Below are positions 59,801 to 64,000 of a stretch of 64,000 nt of DNA, piece after piece. Position 1 is the stretch's first letter; every line of letters starts with the position of its first letter. The position numbers were made by a program, and so were the translations under genes. Source of the DNA: an uncultured Candidatus Saccharibacteria bacterium (lineage in GTDB: Bacteria > Patescibacteriota > Saccharimonadia > Saccharimonadales > Saccharimonadaceae); NCBI GenBank assembly GCA_963531145.1, contig CAUSEX010000001.1, positions 7,017-71,016 on the forward strand, written 5' to 3'. The notes beneath the pieces are model-generated. The model searched no databases. It was not told the origin of the DNA and saw only the letters and a list, made by a program, of their open reading frames with translations.

Positions 59801-61300
59801 ATGATGAAAAGACAGTCACTCGAGACTATTCACCTTGACAAAATCGTTGGTGGTGGACAAGCACTAGGGACGCTGGCCGATGGCCGCAAATGCTTCGTAT
59901 GGGGCGGATTGCCCGGCGAGACCGTCACTGTTCGCATTACCAAAAAGAAATCACACCTCGTCGAAGCGGTCGTCGAGGAAGTAATCTCGCCAAGCCCCGA
60001 CCGCATCCAACCGCGCGACCCGGATAGTTATCTTTCGACCAGTCCGTGGCAAATCATGCCACTAGAAGTTGAACAAACATACAAAGCACAGTTGATCGAC
60101 GACGCGTTCGCGCTGCATAATGTTGCATTACCAGCGGCGATTGACATTTATTGCGACAATGTCGCATATGGTTATCGCAATAAAGTTGAATTTAGCTGGT
60201 ACAGCGAATCGGTAGTATCCCAAGCTGTATCTCAGAAAAAATCTGGGATTGTCTTGGGTCCCGGATTATTTTCTGATAATAACCAAGAGATAGACGCAGA
60301 TAGCGACCGTGAAAAATCATCTGGCGATACGCTTGACTTGGCATTTTTCCGTCGCGGCAGTAAAGGCAAGATTGTCGTCGATGGCACAAGTTTGGCGCGC
60401 CCAGAAATCAACAACTTGGCACGAGCTATCCGTGATTTACTGCGCCATAAACGCGTCGCGGCTCGCCAGCTCAAAACCTTGCTCATCCGCTGCGATCAAT
60501 CGGGAAGTTGCGTATGGCAATTATATCTCAAGGATCGCTTGCCCGAAATAATTACCGCTGATGAAGCCGCCAAATTACCGGCTCAGGGCGGGGAAATTAT
60601 CTATTCCGATCCGCGCTCGCCAGCCAGCCGCATCACCGAGCGCTTGGCGCGTTTCGGCAACACTACCTTGACCGACACCATTCTTGGCGTGCCATTCCGC
60701 TACGCCTGCGAAGGCTTTTTCCAAGTCAACATCCCGGTTTACGAGCAGGCGCTGCGCGATATGCGGGAGTGGACGTCACGCGAGAGTTCGTATTGGCAGC
60801 TCGGGCACCATCAGAAAATAATCCGGGACCCACGTAAAGTTGCCCAGATTTTTTCTGAGGTGCCGCTCGCTGCCGATCGACCAGCTCTCGACCTCTACGC
60901 TGGCGTCGGCACTATCGGCCTGACTATTGGCGGCAGTAACGTCACGCTGGTGGAAATCAACGCCGACGCTGTCCGCGAAATGCAGCGCAACATCGCCGAG
61001 CTCGGCCGCACCGACGCCCGCGCTGTCCTTGCTCCCAGCGAACAAGCTCTCGACTACATTACAGGCAAGGAAATCGTTATCGTTGATCCACCGCGCGCCG
61101 GCTTGCATCCCGACGTTATTGCGACATTGTTACAACAGCTACCGCCGCGTATCATTTATCTCAGCTGCAATCCTATTACTCAAGCCCGCGACGTCGCCTT
61201 GCTCCAGCAAAGCTACCAAATTGCCTGGCATCGCGGCTATAATTTTTTCCCGCGTACGCCGCATATTGAACACTTAATCATTCTTGATAAGAAGCCGTAA
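59801..61300 (+). CDS. TRAM-domain RNA m5U methyltransferase (RlmD/TrmA family) with two in-frame insertions
   Basis: LPGE.V, YRNK.EF, FFQVN, DLYAGVG.IG, VDPPRAGL, YLSCNP, FFP.T.H.E. Confidence 0.9.
   Translation: MMKRQSLETIHLDKIVGGGQALGTLADGRKCFVWGGLPGETVTVRITKKKSHLVEAVVEEVISPSPDRIQPRDPDSYLSTSPWQIMPLEVEQTYKAQLIDDAFALHNVALPAAIDIYCDNVAYGYRNKVEFSWYSESVVSQAVSQKKSGIVLGPGLFSDNNQEIDADSDREKSSGDTLDLAFFRRGSKGKIVVDGTSLARPEINNLARAIRDLLRHKRVAARQLKTLLIRCDQSGSCVWQLYLKDRLPEIITADEAAKLPAQGGEIIYSDPRSPASRITERLARFGNTTLTDTILGVPFRYACEGFFQVNIPVYEQALRDMREWTSRESSYWQLGHHQKIIRDPRKVAQIFSEVPLAADRPALDLYAGVGTIGLTIGGSNVTLVEINADAVREMQRNIAELGRTDARAVLAPSEQALDYITGKEIVIVDPPRAGLHPDVIATLLQQLPPRIIYLSCNPITQARDVALLQQSYQIAWHRGYNFFPRTPHIEHLIILDKKP
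60231..60277 (+). repeat. Palindromic element, copy 1 (in frame inside the methyltransferase gene)
   Basis: CTCAGAAAAAATCTGGG-ATTGTCT-TGGGTCCCGGATTATTTTCTGAT; self-complementary. Confidence 0.9.
60810..60859 (-). repeat. Palindromic element, copy 2 (inverted relative to copy 1)
   Basis: Reverse complement matches copy 1 exactly over 17 + 23 nt, with only the loop differing. Confidence 0.9.
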
Positions 61301-61373
61301 AGCTGCTCTTTCTATGCAGAGTTTATCTGGCTAATTCGAATGCAAGGCCAGCTAATTGCTGCTATACTATTAG

Positions 61374-62351
61374 GTGATGTTCGATAAAGCTATTGACGCT
61401 ATCAATAACGCGCAGAAAATTGTTGTAGTCCAAGCGGAAAATCCTGACGGTGATAGTATCGGCAGCAGCCTAGCCTTGGAGGAAATTCTAAGTGACCTCG
61501 GCAAAAATGTTCAGCTGCACTGTCCAGTTGATACACCGAAATACTTACGTTACATTCACGGTTGGGATCGAATAACTAGCGACTTTGACACGAGTGCCGA
61601 CTTAGCAATTATCGTTGATACTAATGCCGAACTATTAATCAGTAAAAGTTTAAGTATGCCAGGTGTGCGTCATTTTCTTGAGACGCATCCCGTTATAGTG
61701 TTAGATCATCACGCAACTGATTCGACGCTGACTTTTGATGCTATTCATGTCAACCAGCCGGTAGTTGCAGCTGGCGAACTGATTTACAATCTAGCGCATA
61801 CTGCTGGCTGGGTAATTAATCCGCAAGCTGCGGAGAATATGCTGATTGCTATTATGAGCGATAGCCTAGGCTTAACAACGCAAAATACCACAGCCGACTC
61901 GTTTCGTGTCGCTGGCGAATTAACTGCGCTCGGTGCTAGCAACTCAGCTATTGAAGAACGACGCCGCGAATTTATGAAAAAGTCGCCAGAGATTTTGGCA
62001 TATAAAGGCCGTTTGATTGAACGTATCGAATATTTGCTCGATGGTAAATTAGCTATAATTCATATCCCGTGGGAAGAAATCCAGAAATATAGCGATCAGT
62101 ATAATCCGAGCGTTCTAGTGCTTGACGAAATGCGTTTAGTTGAGGGGGTTGAAGTGGCTTGCGCTATCAAAACTTACCCTGACGGCAAATTAACTGGGAA
62201 ATTACGCAGTAATATGCCAGTATCAGAGCAGATAGCTGGATATTTTGGCGGCGGCGGGCACGCTTATGCTGCAGGTTTTCGCGTGTATGACGATTATACA
62301 GTGATTGTGCGCGAACTAGTTGAGGCTGCGGATAAGTCTTTGCGCGGGTAA
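61374..62351 (+). CDS. DHH/DHHA1 family phosphoesterase (NrnA-like)
   Basis: NPDGDS.GS, IVDT, LDHH, I.SDS, FGGGGH..AAG. Confidence 0.9.
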   Translation: MMFDKAIDAINNAQKIVVVQAENPDGDSIGSSLALEEILSDLGKNVQLHCPVDTPKYLRYIHGWDRITSDFDTSADLAIIVDTNAELLISKSLSMPGVRHFLETHPVIVLDHHATDSTLTFDAIHVNQPVVAAGELIYNLAHTAGWVINPQAAENMLIAIMSDSLGLTTQNTTADSFRVAGELTALGASNSAIEERRREFMKKSPEILAYKGRLIERIEYLLDGKLAIIHIPWEEIQKYSDQYNPSVLVLDEMRLVEGVEVACAIKTYPDGKLTGKLRSNMPVSEQIAGYFGGGGHAYAAGFRVYDDYTVIVRELVEAADKSLRG

Positions 62352-62369
62352 TTTGTCTATATCTAAATT

Positions 62370-62401
62370 AAAAAACCGCTAGCGTAGTTGTAGCGGTTTT
62401 T
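62370..62401. terminator. Bidirectional terminator
   Basis: AAAAAACCGCTA-GCGTAGTTG-TAGCGGTTTTT between convergent genes. Confidence 0.85.
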
Positions 62402-62418
62402 CTAATTCCACTAGTTAT

Positions 62419-63297
62419 TTAGTAGATGAATTGTCCGAATGTACCTGGTCTTACTGTACGTTTGTTGTAATTGCCAGCGCGGTAATTCCAACCCATTTCT
62501 GAAACAGTATAGCTGCCATCGCTATTAACCGACTCGACGTAAGCGACATGACCGTTTGTTACTGCGACAGCTCCAGCGCGCGGTGCGCTACCAGTTGATT
62601 TACCGGCAGCTTGAGCGCTGGAAATCCAACCGTAACCAGCATTGCCGTATACAGCGACGTCTGGGCGGCGGCTGTGAACGTAATCGGTGCACCACATGCC
62701 GTTGCCGACGTAGTAGCTTGATGAATTAATCGGCTTTGAGCTATACGATCGCGTAGTAACTGCAGAAGTCCAAGCTGATGGCGCCGCTGCGTTAGATCTG
62801 GCGGCTGCTTGTTGCGCTGCAACGATAGCTGACGAGCGGTCTGGCAAGACCTCTTCTGCGCTAGGAATCCGCAGCTTCTGCCCTATGTCAATAGTATTTG
62901 GGTTACTAAGCGACTCGTTGGCGTCAAAGATACGCGTCCAGGTTGTGTTGTATTTTTCGGCAATTGATGCCAAACTGTCGCCTGCGGCTATTACCACGTA
63001 TACTGGCTGTTCAGTTGGCTTTGCTTCGTCAGATTTGCCCTTTGGCGTAGACGCTGGTTTTTTGGTTTTATCGTCATCAACTTCGCTGGTTTGCTTTTCG
63101 TCCGCTTTTGCTAGCAAGGCTTTCTTGTTTTGGGTAGCTAGCAGCGGTGTTCTCCTTGCGATTGTTAATTTATTTTTATTTTGCTGTGCGAGTAGTAGCG
63201 AGCGGCCCGTACTCGTTTCGGCATAGGCTGGGTGCGTTGCTATTAAGCATATTGCACCAGCGGCACCGAGTGTCGTCAAGACCCCGTATAAACGCAT
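62419..63297 (-). CDS. Secreted LysM + CHAP peptidoglycan hydrolase
   Basis: Signal peptide (PAYA); LysM 'GDSLASIAEKY...NPNTI.IGQKL.IP'; CHAP 'WCTDY...GNA..W...GHVAYVE...VSEM'; AAGGAG SD. Confidence 0.93.
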   Translation of the reverse strand: MRLYGVLTTLGAAGAICLIATHPAYAETSTGRSLLLAQQNKNKLTIARRTPLLATQNKKALLAKADEKQTSEVDDDKTKKPASTPKGKSDEAKPTEQPVYVVIAAGDSLASIAEKYNTTWTRIFDANESLSNPNTIDIGQKLRIPSAEEVLPDRSSAIVAAQQAAARSNAAAPSAWTSAVTTRSYSSKPINSSSYYVGNGMWCTDYVHSRRPDVAVYGNAGYGWISSAQAAGKSTGSAPRAGAVAVTNGHVAYVESVNSDGSYTVSEMGWNYRAGNYNKRTVRPGTFGQFIY

Positions 63298-63409
63298 AAT
63301 TGTCTCCTTGGTTAAATACCCCCACGGATAGGCTAAACTTCAAATACTCGTGGATTTATGTCCTGGCTTATTATTATCTTAATCGTAATTTTCACAGGAC
63401 ATGAGACCA

Positions 63410-63438
63410 ATCATAGCAAAACGTAGTATTTTGGTCAA
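63410..63438 (-). promoter_or_regulatory. sigma70 promoter of the second LysM-CHAP gene
   Basis: TTGACC-17 nt-TATGAT with extended TG. Confidence 0.7.
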
Positions 63439-63532
63439 TAATTTTATAGTGGTAATGCTACACTACCTCTGGAAAATTAGGTGGACTTTCTAGTTATTTT
63501 TTGGTATAATCGTAGACGTTTTATTAAATCAA

Positions 63533-63563
63533 TGTTGGGAGACGTCAAGTCGCTTGTACCACA
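63533..63563 (+). promoter_or_regulatory. Putative L1-binding autoregulatory leader
   Basis: TGTTGGGA-GAC-GTCAA-GTC-GCTTGTACCACA resembles the GGGAG...ACCAC L1 site, between TGGTATAAT and the rplA SD. Confidence 0.6.
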
Positions 63564-63581
63564 GAAAGGATTAAATATCTG

Positions 63582-64000
63582 ATGGCTAAAAAAGCCGAAC
63601 TATTAGAAAAAGCTGCCGAGCTCAAGCTTGACGTCAGCGAAAAAAATACTATAGCCGAGATTGAAGCGGCCATCGCTGCCGCTGAAAAGCACTCAGTCCG
63701 CGAAGCTACAATTGCCAAAGCTGGTAAGCGCAGCGCCAAAGCTATCGAAGAGGCTGAAGCCAAAGCTGAAAAAGAAGCTCGCAAAGAAGCTGGCGACACT
63801 ACGCCGCAGGGCGACGCTGAAGCGGCTGTCAAAAAAGGCCCAGCACCAAAGGTTCGTCCGTTGATCGAACGCCGCGGCAAAGCTTACCGCCAGGTTGCCG
63901 AAAAAGTTGAAAAAGACAAAGCTTACACGCTTGCCGATGCTATCAAACTTGCTACCGAGACCAATCCGAGCAAATTTGACGCTAGCGTTGAAGTTCACGT
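63582..64000 (+). CDS. rplA: 50S ribosomal protein L1 with long N-terminal extension, 3'-truncated by window edge
   Basis: Not in the ORF track; my translation MAKKAELLEK...ERRGKAY...YTLADAIKLA...KFDASVEVH matches the L1 N-terminus after ~95 extra residues. Confidence 0.92.
   Translation, partial: MAKKAELLEKAAELKLDVSEKNTIAEIEAAIAAAEKHSVREATIAKAGKRSAKAIEEAEAKAEKEARKEAGDTTPQGDAEAAVKKGPAPKVRPLIERRGKAYRQVAEKVEKDKAYTLADAIKLATETNPSKFDASVEVH

Noticed and set aside
60231..60859. Inverted repeats read as IS/transposon termini
   Set aside because: The enclosed DNA is ordinary methyltransferase coding sequence with no transposase, and each repeat is independently palindromic
59801..61300. C-rich composition of the rlmD-like gene relative to much of the window
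   Set aside because: Cannot be quantified by eye; needs a GC-skew and codon-usage calculation before claiming transfer or inversion
42..63998. Many short ORFs in the track that overlap identified genes
   Set aside because: Antisense or alternate-frame shadows with no motifs or independent expression signals

Overview
Chromosomal segment of a small-genome bacterium, most consistent with Candidatus Saccharibacteria (TM7/CPR). This is inferred from gene content and architecture (short AlaRS, ftsA beside a baseplate-J-like gene, N-terminally extended L1, xfp-ackA), not from a database search. It is mostly + strand housekeeping genes (folD, pyk, tpiA, pcrA, rsmA, metG, tatD, iscS, mnmA, alaS, ftsA, ruvX, mltG, obgE, sbcB, uvrA, rplY, trxA, cysS, xfp, ackA, rlmD-like, rplA), plus two tRNAs (Glu-TTC, Gln-TTG), several peptidoglycan-active or surface proteins, and a ~2 kb AT-rich island after tRNA-Glu. 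I found no CRISPR array, integrase or transposase. Most notable observations: (1) two inverted copies of a palindromic element inserted in frame inside the rlmD-like gene; (2) a ~140-nt structured leader RNA with terminator/antiterminator alternatives in the tRNA-Glu island; (3) a leader motif shared by two LysM-CHAP hydrolase genes 30 kb apart, one of which appears to start at ATT; (4) pervasive leaderless promoter architecture; (5) a perfect 33-bp palindrome over a PerR-like promoter; (6) a SulP-STAS-nucleotidyltransferase-like fusion, an ART-like orphan, an Erm-like methyltransferase and an LAETG-tagged surface protein; (7) a one-base frameshift in rplY. All family calls and RNA folds were made by eye.
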